From a virus (taxonomy: Duplodnaviria; Caudoviricetes): a DNA stretch of 48,289 nucleotides. This document shows, piece after piece, positions 16,340-25,071 of the stretch. The position numbers and the translations under genes were made by a program. Position 1 is the first letter of the stretch; each line of letters opens with the position of its first letter. The DNA is taken from positions 1-48,289 of IMG/VR virus record IMGVR_UViG_3300036791_000329. One strand, 5' to 3'. The notes under the pieces are model-generated. The model ran no database searches. It saw only the letters and a program-made list of their open reading frames with translations, and was not told the DNA's origin.

Positions 16340-16707
16340 CCGATTATTCAGAGATGAGCGATGCGGATATCAACTTACGCATTGCAAAAATTATGCACCC
16401 AGAAAAAGAATTTACTCTTGCATATAGCTTCGGCCATCCAGAGGGGCCAATGGTTCAATGGGTTCAGGGTTATGCGGAATACTTGAAATTGGACTACTGC
16501 AATAACCCCGCAGACGCTTGGCCGATTATCGAAGCAAATCGCATCGGCATTATTCCGGCCCCAGAACACGGAGAATGGAAAGCTGCGCACCGAAGCGTGG
16601 GTGATGACGGAATGCCACACCATTTCAATCAGGGCAGGAATCCTCTCCGCGCCGCAATGATAGTCTTCCTTCTGATGCAGGACGCAGCAAATGCTAACTC
16701 CAACTGA
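16336..16707 (+). CDS. ninX: NinX/DUF2591-family protein
   Basis: MTDYSEMSD..IN, DYCNNPADAWPII, NPLRAAMIVFL. Confidence 0.85.
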   Translation: MTDYSEMSDADINLRIAKIMHPEKEFTLAYSFGHPEGPMVQWVQGYAEYLKLDYCNNPADAWPIIEANRIGIIPAPEHGEWKAAHRSVGDDGMPHHFNQGRNPLRAAMIVFLLMQDAANANSN

Positions 16708-16888
16708 CATCACCACATATCAACACCAGAGCAACGCAGCAGCAGGATATTGCGCAGCATGTACAAAGCCTTTGCAGCCTGGCGAAGTTTACGCATGTAA
16801 CGAGTGCGCTCATGAGGCGTATTTAGAAACCGATCCCCAAGGAGTAATGCGAGATGAGGAAGCCCAGAAAGCGGTGCAAGAATCCTGA
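16691..16888 (+). CDS. ninF: NinF-like zinc-binding protein
   Basis: CAACTKPL...EVYACNEC. Confidence 0.7.
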   Translation: MLTPTDITTYQHQSNAAAGYCAACTKPLQPGEVYACNECAHEAYLETDPQGVMRDEEAQKAVQES

Positions 16889-17495
16889 GTGCCGGGAATG
16901 GTTTCACCCAGCCTTCTCAAATCAAACCTGGTGTAGCGCAGAATGTGGAACCGTAATAGCACTAGCCAAGAGAGAGAAAGACCGTCAGAGCGCGATACTG
17001 AAAGCAGAGCGACGGCGAAAGGATGAAGCCCAGCAGGAACGACGAAGTTTAAAAGTCCGCAAGTTAGCGCTCAAATCCCCAAGTTACTTCATGAAGCAAG
17101 CCCAGCAAGCCTTCAATCTATACATCAGAACCCGCGATAACGACAAGCCATGCATCAGCTGTGGAGAAACCAACCCACGCGATTTACACGGCGGTCAGTG
17201 GGATTGTGGTCACTTTAAAACAGTTGGCGCACATCCAGAACTTCGCTTTGAAGAGCTCAATGCTCACCGTCAGTGCAAATCATGCAATGCAGGCTCTTCC
17301 AAATACGCCGCTAAGGGCGCAACGGTCGCGCAGCAGTACGAATCCAACCTGATTATGCGGATAGGGCAGGAAGCGGTTGATTGGCTAAATGGGCCGCACG
17401 AAACGAAGAACTATCGCCGTGACGACTTCATCAGCATTCGCGATGAGTATCGGAAAAAGGCCAGGGCGTTACTTAAAACTCAGGAGGCCGCATGA
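16854..17495 (+). CDS. ninG: NinG/Rap endonuclease
   Basis: RCKNPECREWFHP, AQQAFN.YIR.RD, CISCG, WDCGH, ELRF.E.N.H.QC..CN. Confidence 0.93.
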   Translation: MRKPRKRCKNPECREWFHPAFSNQTWCSAECGTVIALAKREKDRQSAILKAERRRKDEAQQERRSLKVRKLALKSPSYFMKQAQQAFNLYIRTRDNDKPCISCGETNPRDLHGGQWDCGHFKTVGAHPELRFEELNAHRQCKSCNAGSSKYAAKGATVAQQYESNLIMRIGQEAVDWLNGPHETKNYRRDDFISIRDEYRKKARALLKTQEAA

Positions 17496-17653
17496 AACTA
17501 CACGCAGCAATAGCACTCACCCTTGCATCAATGTCCCGCCACTTCAATTCACTACCATCCATCGGCTACTCATATCCCATAGCTAACCACCGTCACACCG
17601 GTAAAGCGGCAGAGCGTAGGGCAGCTAAACAGCGCGGGAGGGCGAGACTGTGA
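17492..17653 (+). CDS. 53-aa basic ORF, not in ORF track
   Basis: MKLHAAIALTLAS...HRHTGKAAERRAAKQRGRARL; ATGA and GTGA overlaps at both ends; GGAGG RBS. Confidence 0.55.
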   Translation: MKLHAAIALTLASMSRHFNSLPSIGYSYPIANHRHTGKAAERRAAKQRGRARL

Positions 17654-18465
17654 GACTTGAAGCAATCGGGAAATACTTCGCACCAAAATCACCACACATC
17701 ACAGACGCACCCAGGGCAACAGCTTCTGACTCGTTAAGTATCAGTGAAGTGATGGCCGCATTAGGTCTTGCAGGACTTAAAAGCGGCATCGGTCTGGATT
17801 TATATCTGGCGAAGATTGGCATCAGCGCACCAGATAAAGCAGTGGAGGGACTTTATGAAATTGCAAAACGCCTGGCCGGGCAATGCAAAGCAATCTCAGA
17901 ACTTGATGAAGATATTAAGCAAAGGGTTCTGCAAATACTCGCAACTTTTGCCTATCAGGATTATTCACGCAGCGCGGCCAGCGTTCGTAAATGCGAATGC
18001 TGTGCTGGAGAGGGGTTCATAGAAGCTGAAGCATTCATCATGAAAGCCGCTATGGGCCAGATGACCCGGTCGGCAGATATGCAACTCATGCGATTTGCTA
18101 GTCCAATGCCGGGGAACGACCTTAAGCCGAAGCGGGAAGTTGTCCGCATTCTCTGCAAGCCGTGCGGAGGAAAGAAGGTGATCAGCAATGCGTGTCGGTG
18201 TCACGGAAAGGGGGTAGTGCTAGACAAGGAGAAAACCGCATCACAGGGCGGGGTGCCGGTATTCAAAACTTGTCCACGTTGCACTGGCCGTGGATATGCC
18301 CGTATTCCTGCTGAGACGGTTCGAAAGGCCATATCACTGGATGTGCTGGAAATAAGCCAGCCGTCATGGTCGCGTCATTACAAGCCGTTCTATGAGCTTC
18401 TGATAACGGAATGCCATAAAGAGGAGTCCATGGCTGATTCAATGCTCTCAAGTGTGACAAAATAA
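17650..18465 (+). CDS. Q: late antiterminator Q (zinc-finger type)
   Basis: MRLEAIGKYFAPKS, DYSRSAAS, CxxCxGxG repeats; position before the lysis genes. Confidence 0.9.
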   Translation: MRLEAIGKYFAPKSPHITDAPRATASDSLSISEVMAALGLAGLKSGIGLDLYLAKIGISAPDKAVEGLYEIAKRLAGQCKAISELDEDIKQRVLQILATFAYQDYSRSAASVRKCECCAGEGFIEAEAFIMKAAMGQMTRSADMQLMRFASPMPGNDLKPKREVVRILCKPCGGKKVISNACRCHGKGVVLDKEKTASQGGVPVFKTCPRCTGRGYARIPAETVRKAISLDVLEISQPSWSRHYKPFYELLITECHKEESMADSMLSSVTK

Positions 18466-18470
18466 GCAAA

Positions 18471-18610
18471 TATTTCTACTGATATGGATATTGGTAGAAA
18501 TAATGGTTTACTTGCTGAATAAACTCGGCTAATCTTCACCCTAACACTACAAATCCGTCTGATTGTTACGGTGGATTAAAAAAGAGGCCTCGCAGATGCG
18601 GGCCTTTTCT
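18471..18610 (+). promoter_or_regulatory. pR'-like late promoter and tR'-like terminator
   Basis: TATTTCTAC...GTAGAAATA palindrome (18471-18502); -35 TTTACT (18507-18512), 17 bp, -10 TAATCT; AGGCCTCGCAGATGCGGGCCTTTT hairpin at 18585-18610. Confidence 0.6.
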
Positions 18611-18762
18611 GTATATGAAGCATCAAAATTCTATGAGGCTGCCAATCGGCGGCCTTTTTCCGTTTTGCGCCCATCCAAACAGCTACCATTACCCTCTAAT
18701 CGCATTGGATGAGGCGCTTTCCCAACTACACAGAACAGCACCCCGAAATACGGAGGTGTGGA

Positions 18763-19071
18763 ATGCATCGTATGAATGACCAGCCCGGAAATATTGTCAC
18801 GCAGTTCTTTGCGTGGCTGGCAACTATTGCAGCCGGTCTTGGCCTTGCGACACAAGATGTCGTCTTCATGATATTCGGCCTGATCGGGGTCGTTATCTCG
18901 CTGGCGTCATATATAAACGGTCGGATTGACGCAAGGCGTGGCAGGAAAGAAGACCAGCGGAGAACGGAGATGCTGCGGCAGTATCTGGGAGAGGTGAAAG
19001 ATAAGCCTCAATCAGAGCGGCCTGCAGCCGTAAAAGTTGCAGTTGATGCCCTGGAAAAGGCAGGTGAGTAA
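18763..19071 (+). CDS. holin with dual-start motif (MHRM)
   Basis: GGAGG in a hairpin; ATGs at 18763 and 18772; two hydrophobic segments; precedes endolysin. Confidence 0.8.
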   Translation: MHRMNDQPGNIVTQFFAWLATIAAGLGLATQDVVFMIFGLIGVVISLASYINGRIDARRGRKEDQRRTEMLRQYLGEVKDKPQSERPAAVKVAVDALEKAGE

Positions 19072-19557
19072 ATGGCAATGTCTCCGGCATTACGAAACAA
19101 ACTTATAGCTATGGGTGGAGCGAGTGCGTTAACAATCGCAGGCGTCATGATCCCTGAGCTGGAAGGTGTGCGTTACTCCCCTTACTACGATGTCGCAGGC
19201 GTGCTGACTGTTTGTTACGGCCACACGGGTAGCGACATCATCAAGGGCAAGAAGTACACAGAGAAAGAATGCAGAGCGGTGCTCGATAAAGACCTGCAGC
19301 CATTCGCTAAATCGGTCGATCGCTCGGTGAAAGTCCCGGCATCAGAGTATCAGAAAGCCGCGCTCATTAGCTTCAGCTATAACGTCGGCGTTAGCGCATT
19401 CGAGAACTCATCTCTGCTTCGCAATCTGAATGCCGGTAATTACGCTCAAGCATGTGAAGGCCTGAAGGTCTGGATTTATGCAGGAGGCAGGAAGTGGAAA
19501 GGCCTCATGAATCGTCGCGACATTGAAAACGAAGTCTGCATGTGGGGCCAGCGATGA
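19072..19557 (+). CDS. SAR endolysin (GH24 lysozyme)
   Basis: Gly/Ala-rich N-terminal anchor; E-G...Y.D..GV.T.CYGHT triad; SFSYNVG; GL..RR..E. Confidence 0.95.
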   Translation: MAMSPALRNKLIAMGGASALTIAGVMIPELEGVRYSPYYDVAGVLTVCYGHTGSDIIKGKKYTEKECRAVLDKDLQPFAKSVDRSVKVPASEYQKAALISFSYNVGVSAFENSSLLRNLNAGNYAQACEGLKVWIYAGGRKWKGLMNRRDIENEVCMWGQR

Positions 19558-19934
19558 GCATCATCACGAAAGCTATTGCAGCGCATTGGCGAGTAATAGT
19601 CGGCGCGTTACTTCTGCTGCTTATCGTAATCACAGCCAAGATAGCCCGCAGCAATTATGACCGCGCCATAACCGCTGAAAGCTCTCTCGAATCCTCTGCA
19701 ATGGTGACAAGCAATGTCATCACAGCCATGAACCTCATTCACGACATATCAAAGGCCGCATATGAAGATAAGCAAAGCCTTGCTGAGAAAGGTGCGGCGC
19801 ATGAGGTTTATATACGTCAGGCGCTTGAAGGCGATGCCTGCGCTCATCAGCTTGTTCCTGATTCCGCAACTGGTAGCCTGCAACAGCTCAAAGATAGTTT
19901 ACGTACCAGCACCAGTAGTACCGATAAGCGCTGA
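19554..19934 (+). CDS. Rz: i-spanin Rz
   Basis: N-terminal TM, helical periplasmic part, C-terminal Cys; follows endolysin. Confidence 0.8.
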   Translation: MSIITKAIAAHWRVIVGALLLLLIVITAKIARSNYDRAITAESSLESSAMVTSNVITAMNLIHDISKAAYEDKQSLAEKGAAHEVYIRQALEGDACAHQLVPDSATGSLQQLKDSLRTSTSSTDKR

Positions 19935-20088
19935 CCTTACCGCAGACACTCTGTTCCCCGATATTCCACAGCCATTCACATACGGTGCCAGCGTTGAGCT
20001 AAACGCCACGCTCTACACATCTTTGGGCCAGTGCAATATCGACAAGGCAGCAATCAGGAAAATCGAATCATCCAGAGCCTCGCAATAG
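19801..20088 (+). CDS. Rz1: o-spanin Rz1 lipoprotein
   Basis: Lipobox LVAC, Pro-rich segment, CNIDKAAIR end; overlaps Rz in another frame; start uncertain. Confidence 0.8.
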   Translation: MRFIYVRRLKAMPALISLFLIPQLVACNSSKIVYVPAPVVPISADLTADTLFPDIPQPFTYGASVELNATLYTSLGQCNIDKAAIRKIESSRASQ

Positions 20089-20101
20089 CGGGGCTTTTTT
20101 A
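20075..20101 (+). terminator. terminator after the lysis cassette
   Basis: GAGCCTCGCAATAGCGGGGCTTTTT. Confidence 0.75.
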
Positions 20102-20116
20102 TATCTGCATTTCACC

Positions 20117-20240
20117 GCGCATTCTCGTGCGCATCTTAACCAAGAGCCTTTCGGGGTAGAGCTTGAGATAGGGCAGTGGTAACGCTGACCGCTCTTGGGC
20201 TGCCCACATCTACGAGAACAGGCTCAACCACCAAAAGGTA
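20117..20240 (+). ncRNA. divergent C4-like structured leader of the KilA-N gene
   Basis: Nested stems; GCTCTTGG (20191-20198) and ACGAGAA (20212-20218) complement CCAAGAGC (20140-20147) and TTCTCGT (20122-20128). Confidence 0.5.
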
Positions 20241-20248
20241 TCAGCGTA

Positions 20249-20770
20249 ATGAATATTATCCCTCTAAGTTATAAAGGCGAATCGGTGCGTTTCAGTACTG
20301 AAGGCTGGGTAAACGTTACAGACGTTGCCGAGAAATTTGGTAAGCGTATTGATAACTGGATGCGACTAGCTGAAACCCTCGAATACATCCGGGCACTGGA
20401 TGAGGCAATGACAGGTGTTGAGTCTCAAATTTTACATCCCTCGAAATGCAGGTATGTAAAAACCAGCAAAGCGAGAAAGGATCGCGGCGGTGGTACGTGG
20501 CTTCATCCAAAGCTCTCTGTTGCATTTGCTCGTTGGTGCGATGCACGATTTGCTGTCTGGTGCGATTTGCATATTGATAGCCTCCTTCGCGGAGAGTTAA
20601 CCGAGCAGCAAAATTATGAGCAAGCGTGTCGAATTCGTGATGACCGGAAATCAAAAGCAAGTGGTGGTGCTCGTGAAATGGCTCGCTGGCGTTGGGATAA
20701 ACCAGCCTTGGATGCGAGTGTTGAATTCTGGCAGGAACAATTGAAGTTGACGCTTGATGTTGCAAGTTGA
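20249..20770 (+). CDS. KilA-N domain protein
   Basis: GWVNVTDVA..FGKR..NW.R...T..Y; GGTWLHPKL...FARW....FAVWCD. Confidence 0.9.
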   Translation: MNIIPLSYKGESVRFSTEGWVNVTDVAEKFGKRIDNWMRLAETLEYIRALDEAMTGVESQILHPSKCRYVKTSKARKDRGGGTWLHPKLSVAFARWCDARFAVWCDLHIDSLLRGELTEQQNYEQACRIRDDRKSKASGGAREMARWRWDKPALDASVEFWQEQLKLTLDVAS

Positions 20771-20852
20771 AATCTGAGAGAGCCACTTTCACAACGGCTC
20801 TTATCAGTTCCGTGGCGGAAACGAGGTGAGTAAAATTTAACAGAAAAACATC

Positions 20853-20884
20853 AAAGAGCCTCCGTTAATACCGGGGGCTTTTTT
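20853..20884 (+). terminator. intrinsic terminator
   Basis: AAAGAGCCTCCG...CGGGGGCTTTTTT. Confidence 0.7.
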
Positions 20885-20967
20885 GTGTGCGCAATCTAGG
20901 CTGATCCCCGAAAAGACGATACGCCATCGTCCTGATTGCGCTCATTCATGGCGATAGTGAGGCGACT

Positions 20968-21555
20968 ATGTTTACACGTGAATACATCACTTCAATTTAT
21001 TCAAGAAAGCCGCTTATAGACCGGCTGAAAAACAAAATGGTTGTCGATGAGAATGGCTGCCACATATTTACCGGGACTAAGGATCGCTGCGGATATGGCG
21101 GGCTAAGCGTTGGTAAGCACAGGTTAGGAACACACAAAATTATGTATCTCCTGGTGAAAGGTGATTATGACCAGAAAAACCTAGAGTTGATGCACACGTG
21201 TGACAATCCGGCATGCATGAACCCTGACCACCTTGTCCCAGGGACGCACAAAGAAAACATTCATGACTGCCTGTCAAAGGGGCGCCATACAACGCAGATA
21301 TACACCGGCTTAAACCTTGGGCGCGGTGCTCGTCAAAGGGCCAGATTGAGAAGTGGTGAATATCTAATCCAGCTCTATTCAACAAGGTCTCTTGCGATCG
21401 CCTCAAACCATGAAGTTTATTCGGCCAGCAAATGCAAAATTCATAATATGCCTTGGCGTGCAACAAGTAATGGAGCATGCATCTATTGCAGGGAGAATTA
21501 TAAAACTTCATGCAAAAAGAAAAGAGTAGAGGCAGCCGCAAAGCGTAAGCCGTAA
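20968..21555 (+). CDS. free-standing HNH endonuclease
   Basis: GC..FTG....GYG, MHTCDNPACMNPDHL..GTH.EN..D; C-terminal Cys cluster. Confidence 0.88.
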   Translation: MFTREYITSIYSRKPLIDRLKNKMVVDENGCHIFTGTKDRCGYGGLSVGKHRLGTHKIMYLLVKGDYDQKNLELMHTCDNPACMNPDHLVPGTHKENIHDCLSKGRHTTQIYTGLNLGRGARQRARLRSGEYLIQLYSTRSLAIASNHEVYSASKCKIHNMPWRATSNGACIYCRENYKTSCKKKRVEAAAKRKP

Positions 21556-21655
21556 GTGGGGAAGTCCTGCTGTGAAGCACCACAACTCTGCGACATCCAT
21601 TATGTCTGCGTAATTTTAATGTAGAATGATTCCGGCAGAACCATTCGGAGTCATT

Positions 21656-21898
21656 ATGAAGAACTTCCAGTTATACGTTGGCGGCGTTAACGACATCACC
21701 TACAGGTACGACATTCAAAAGGCAGGCGATATCTTTAACGTTCGCATCTTCAGCGTAACGAGAAAGAATCACATAGAAGAGGGCGTTAAGAACCTGAGAA
21801 ACATAACGGCTCAGGATGTTATTGACGAGTGCTCATCCCACTACCACAGGAAAGCCAAAAGCATAAGAGGCTTTCTGAGTTGGTTAGGAATTAAGTAA
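21656..21898 (+). CDS. hypothetical moron-like protein
   Basis: GGAG RBS before ATG at about 21656, TAGAAT -10-like element upstream, own terminator. Confidence 0.6.
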   Translation: MKNFQLYVGGVNDITYRYDIQKAGDIFNVRIFSVTRKNHIEEGVKNLRNITAQDVIDECSSHYHRKAKSIRGFLSWLGIK

Positions 21899-21902
21899 GA
21901 CG

Positions 21903-21930
21903 AACCCCGGCTAAGTCCGGGGTTTTTTAT
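21903..21930 (+). terminator. intrinsic terminator
   Basis: AACCCCGGCTAAGTCCGGGGTTTTTTAT. Confidence 0.8.
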
Positions 21931-22190
21931 GTCCAAATTATATCAAACGTGCAAGACGATCCCTCTTCACGTAAACACATCTCTAGCGTTTAACGAAGAC
22001 TCCTGCCAGTCAAAACTGGTACTCCTCGGGACGAGTGCGCTGGATTAGATGAAGGGATAATCCGGGCGTTTTCCTTTTGCTGCAACCAAAAGGGTTTAAC
22101 CTCATACCACGAAACGTCAGCGTGGGGAGAAGAAGCGGCGTGCCAGCCTGAGAGAAGGCAATAACACAAAATCAACGAAAGGTATAAGAC

Positions 22191-22427
22191 ATGACTACTA
22201 AATCCGAGAAAGAAACTAAACAAGAAGTCACCACAAACGAAGCTGATGTTGAGGTAGCAGAAAAGGAGTCCACTCCAACTTCTAAAGGCCCAGTCAATCC
22301 TAATGCCTATGTACTTTCACAGGCTGCATTCCAACTTTATACCAGCGCAGCTCACTCAAAAGATGATGTAGCTGAGCGCCTCAAATTACTGGAAGCATAC
22401 CTGGTCAAAGTTAACGCTGAGGAATAA
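22191..22427 (+). CDS. hypothetical protein
   Basis: AAAGGT RBS; ends 2 nt before terS. Confidence 0.6.
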   Translation: MTTKSEKETKQEVTTNEADVEVAEKESTPTSKGPVNPNAYVLSQAAFQLYTSAAHSKDDVAERLKLLEAYLVKVNAEE

Positions 22428-22429
22428 TC

Positions 22430-22933
22430 ATGGCAGCACCGAAGGGTAACCGATTTTGGGAGGCCCGCAGCAGTCATGGGCGAACCCCCAAGTTCGATTC
22501 GCCTGAGGCGCTATGGGCAGCATGCTGTGAATACTTTGAGTGGGTAGAAGAACACCCGCTCTGGGAAATGAGGGCTTTCGCATATCAAGGCGAGGTTACT
22601 CAAGAGCCAGTAGCAAAAATGCGCGCTATGACTATTACCGGACTCTGCTTGTTTCTGGATATCACCCTTGAAACGTGGCGGACATACAGAGCACGAAAAG
22701 ATATATCTGAAGTCGTTACGCGAGCCGAGCAAATAATTTATGACCAGAAGTTCTCTGGCGCTGCAGCAGACCTACTGAACTCCAACATAATAGCGCGCGA
22801 CCTTGGCTTAAAGGATGCCCATACAACAGAGCATTCTGGTGAAGTCACTACTAAAGACTCAAGCATGACAGATGTAGCCCGCCGTCTTGCTTTCATCATC
22901 ACAAAGTCCATGAAGGAAAACGAAAATGGCTGA
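22430..22933 (+). CDS. terS: terminase small subunit, P22 gp3-like
   Basis: [38 protein letters not shown]...[13 protein letters not shown] closely follows P22 gp3. Confidence 0.93.
   Translation: MAAPKGNRFWEARSSHGRTPKFDSPEALWAACCEYFEWVEEHPLWEMRAFAYQGEVTQEPVAKMRAMTITGLCLFLDITLETWRTYRARKDISEVVTRAEQIIYDQKFSGAAADLLNSNIIARDLGLKDAHTTEHSGEVTTKDSSMTDVARRLAFIITKSMKENENG
22698..22712 (+). promoter_or_regulatory. pac-like site within terS
   Basis: AAGATATATCTGAAG, one mismatch to the recalled P22 pac core AAGATTTATCTG, at the equivalent position. Confidence 0.6.
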
Positions 22934-23192
22934 TATTTTAGTTTCTATCCACGGCAATCGTCTTGGAATCACTGCGCCAGATGAAAATGGCGTATGCCAG
23001 TTGCTGCTCGATGGCGAGCCTATCAGTGGTGATGCTTATGTGCTGCCAGCCGCTAATTCATCCACTATTGGTGGCGTCAAGCAGGGCGTTGCAGTTGCTA
23101 ACAGTGCAGCAACAGACGTGGCTGGCGTGAATACAGTTCTTAATGCATTACTTGCATCCCTTCGCACTGCCGGTGTTATTGCTTCTTCCTGA
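22926..23192 (+). CDS. head fibre/decoration-like protein
   Basis: YVLPAA...IGGVKQ and N.LLASLR.AGVIA motifs. Confidence 0.6.
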   Translation: MADILVSIHGNRLGITAPDENGVCQLLLDGEPISGDAYVLPAANSSTIGGVKQGVAVANSAATDVAGVNTVLNALLASLRTAGVIASS

Positions 23193-23203
23193 TTGGTAAT
23201 CCC

Positions 23204-24799
23204 ATGACAATCTCCTTTGACGACGTACTGAATCGACTTTCAGGGCTTACTCCTGCACAACTGGCAGAGGTAGAGAAAGAAGTTATGTCGGCAACAGGCG
23301 ACCAGATTTGGATACCAAACCCAGGGCCTCAGACAGATGCTTACTACTGTGAAGCTGATGAGTTGTTCTACGGCGGACAGGCTGGCGGCGGTAAGTCGGC
23401 GTTGATTAACGGCCTGGCAGTGACGAATCATGAGCGTTCGTTACTGCTCAGGCGCATTCGTGGCGATGCTCAAAAGCTGGCAGAAGCAGAGTTAATTGGC
23501 AAGCTGTTCGATGGCAATCGTTCAGGCTGGAATGGCTCAGATTTGGTGTGGCGTAACGGTAAGCAACTGATTCAGTTCGGAGGTTGCGAGCTTGAAGAAG
23601 ATAAGCAGCGTTATAAAGGCGATCCGCATGACCTGATTTGCTTTGATGAAATAACGGACTTCCTGAAATCGCAGTATGAATTCATCACTATCTGGAATCG
23701 CTCAACGACTAAAGGGCAGCGTTGCCGCGTTGTCTGCACTGGGAACCCGCCAACATCAGCCTCTGGTCTGTGGGTTATTCAGCACTGGGGTGCATGGCTT
23801 GACCCAAACCACCCCAATCCAGCAAGGCCTGGTGAATTGCGGTGGTATCTGCGTAACGAACTCGGAGATGAGGTCGAGGTTGACGGGCGAGGGCCTCATT
23901 TGATTGGTGGCTTTGATGTTGAAGCTAAAAGCCGCACGTTCATCCCTGCAAAACTCAGCGACAATCCAGATCTTGCTGGCGATGGTGAATACGCTCGCAT
24001 ACTGAATAACCTTCCAAAAGAACTACGCGATGCTTATCGTGATGGACAGTTCCGTGCCTCGCTCGAAGATGAACCAAATCAATGCATTCCTGTTGGATGG
24101 ATTCAGGAAGCGCAAAAGAGATGGACATCTCAGCCTCCTTTAGGCGTCCCAATGTGTGCGATTGGCGTTGACGTTGCGCAAGGTGGCAAAGACAACACAA
24201 CGCTCGCACCACGGCATGATGCGTGGTTCTCACAACTTCTTGTTGTGCCGGGGAAAGAGACGCCAGGCGGTACGGATGTTGCAGGGCTGGTCATATCGAA
24301 ACGCCGCGATGGTGCAAAAGTCATTATAGATATTGGCGGCGGCTGGGGAGGAGATGCTTACGCTCATCTGCGCGAGAACGGTGTAGATGCAACGTCATAC
24401 ATGGGTGTAAAGCCATCGGTCAGGCGTACCGAGGATAAGACATTACGCTTTGCGAATGTTCGTACAGAGGCGTACTGGAGATTCCGTGAAGCTCTAAATC
24501 CAGACCAGGCAGGCGGATCACGCATTGCTCTCCCATCCGATGACACAGTTTTATTGTCTGATCTGTCAGCGCCTACATTTGAAGTCAAGGGGGCTCATGG
24601 TGGCGGTGTAATCCATCTTGAACCAAAAGATAGATTGGTTAAGCGGCTAGGACGTTCGCCGGACCGTGGGGACGCGGTAGTAATGGCGTGGTTCGATGGA
24701 GAGAAGCAAGAACAAATTCGCGGCGGCTATAAAGCAAGAATTCAACGTGGTTCACCAAAGGTTAACCTCGGTCATACAGCATCTAAGAGGAAACGATAA
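23204..24799 (+). CDS. terL: terminase large subunit
   Basis: PNPGPQ, YGGQAGGGKS Walker A, ICFDE Walker B, TGNP, GVDVA.GG.D, SPDRGDA. Confidence 0.95.
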   Translation: MTISFDDVLNRLSGLTPAQLAEVEKEVMSATGDQIWIPNPGPQTDAYYCEADELFYGGQAGGGKSALINGLAVTNHERSLLLRRIRGDAQKLAEAELIGKLFDGNRSGWNGSDLVWRNGKQLIQFGGCELEEDKQRYKGDPHDLICFDEITDFLKSQYEFITIWNRSTTKGQRCRVVCTGNPPTSASGLWVIQHWGAWLDPNHPNPARPGELRWYLRNELGDEVEVDGRGPHLIGGFDVEAKSRTFIPAKLSDNPDLAGDGEYARILNNLPKELRDAYRDGQFRASLEDEPNQCIPVGWIQEAQKRWTSQPPLGVPMCAIGVDVAQGGKDNTTLAPRHDAWFSQLLVVPGKETPGGTDVAGLVISKRRDGAKVIIDIGGGWGGDAYAHLRENGVDATSYMGVKPSVRRTEDKTLRFANVRTEAYWRFREALNPDQAGGSRIALPSDDTVLLSDLSAPTFEVKGAHGGGVIHLEPKDRLVKRLGRSPDRGDAVVMAWFDGEKQEQIRGGYKARIQRGSPKVNLGHTASKRKR

Positions 24800-25071
24800 T
24801 GGCTGGAGCAGGCAATGCACTAAACAAAGTAACAAACGTGATGGACAAGGTTCCCGGTCACAAGCAACTAAACAAAGTATTTGGCAAGATTGGCCTCCCA
24901 ACGGATAAAGACTTATTCCCTGCAACTGAAACGCCGGAAGTAGAACAGACGACTGTTATTCCCACTGCTGATTCTGAAGGCGTAACTAATGCTCGGCGGC
25001 GACGTACAGCAGAGCAAATGTCTCGCGGTGGTCGTCAAAGCACAATTCTAAGCGACCGATTAGGCGGGTAA
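24799..25071 (+). CDS. small virion-associated protein
   Basis: GRQSTIL C-terminal motif typical of pre-portal genes; coupled to neighbours. Confidence 0.65.
   Translation: MAGAGNALNKVTNVMDKVPGHKQLNKVFGKIGLPTDKDLFPATETPEVEQTTVIPTADSEGVTNARRRRTAEQMSRGGRQSTILSDRLGG

Noticed and set aside
22105-22160. hammerhead ribozyme
   Set aside because: GAAAC and CTGAGAG are present but there is no CUGANGA core with correctly ordered stems.
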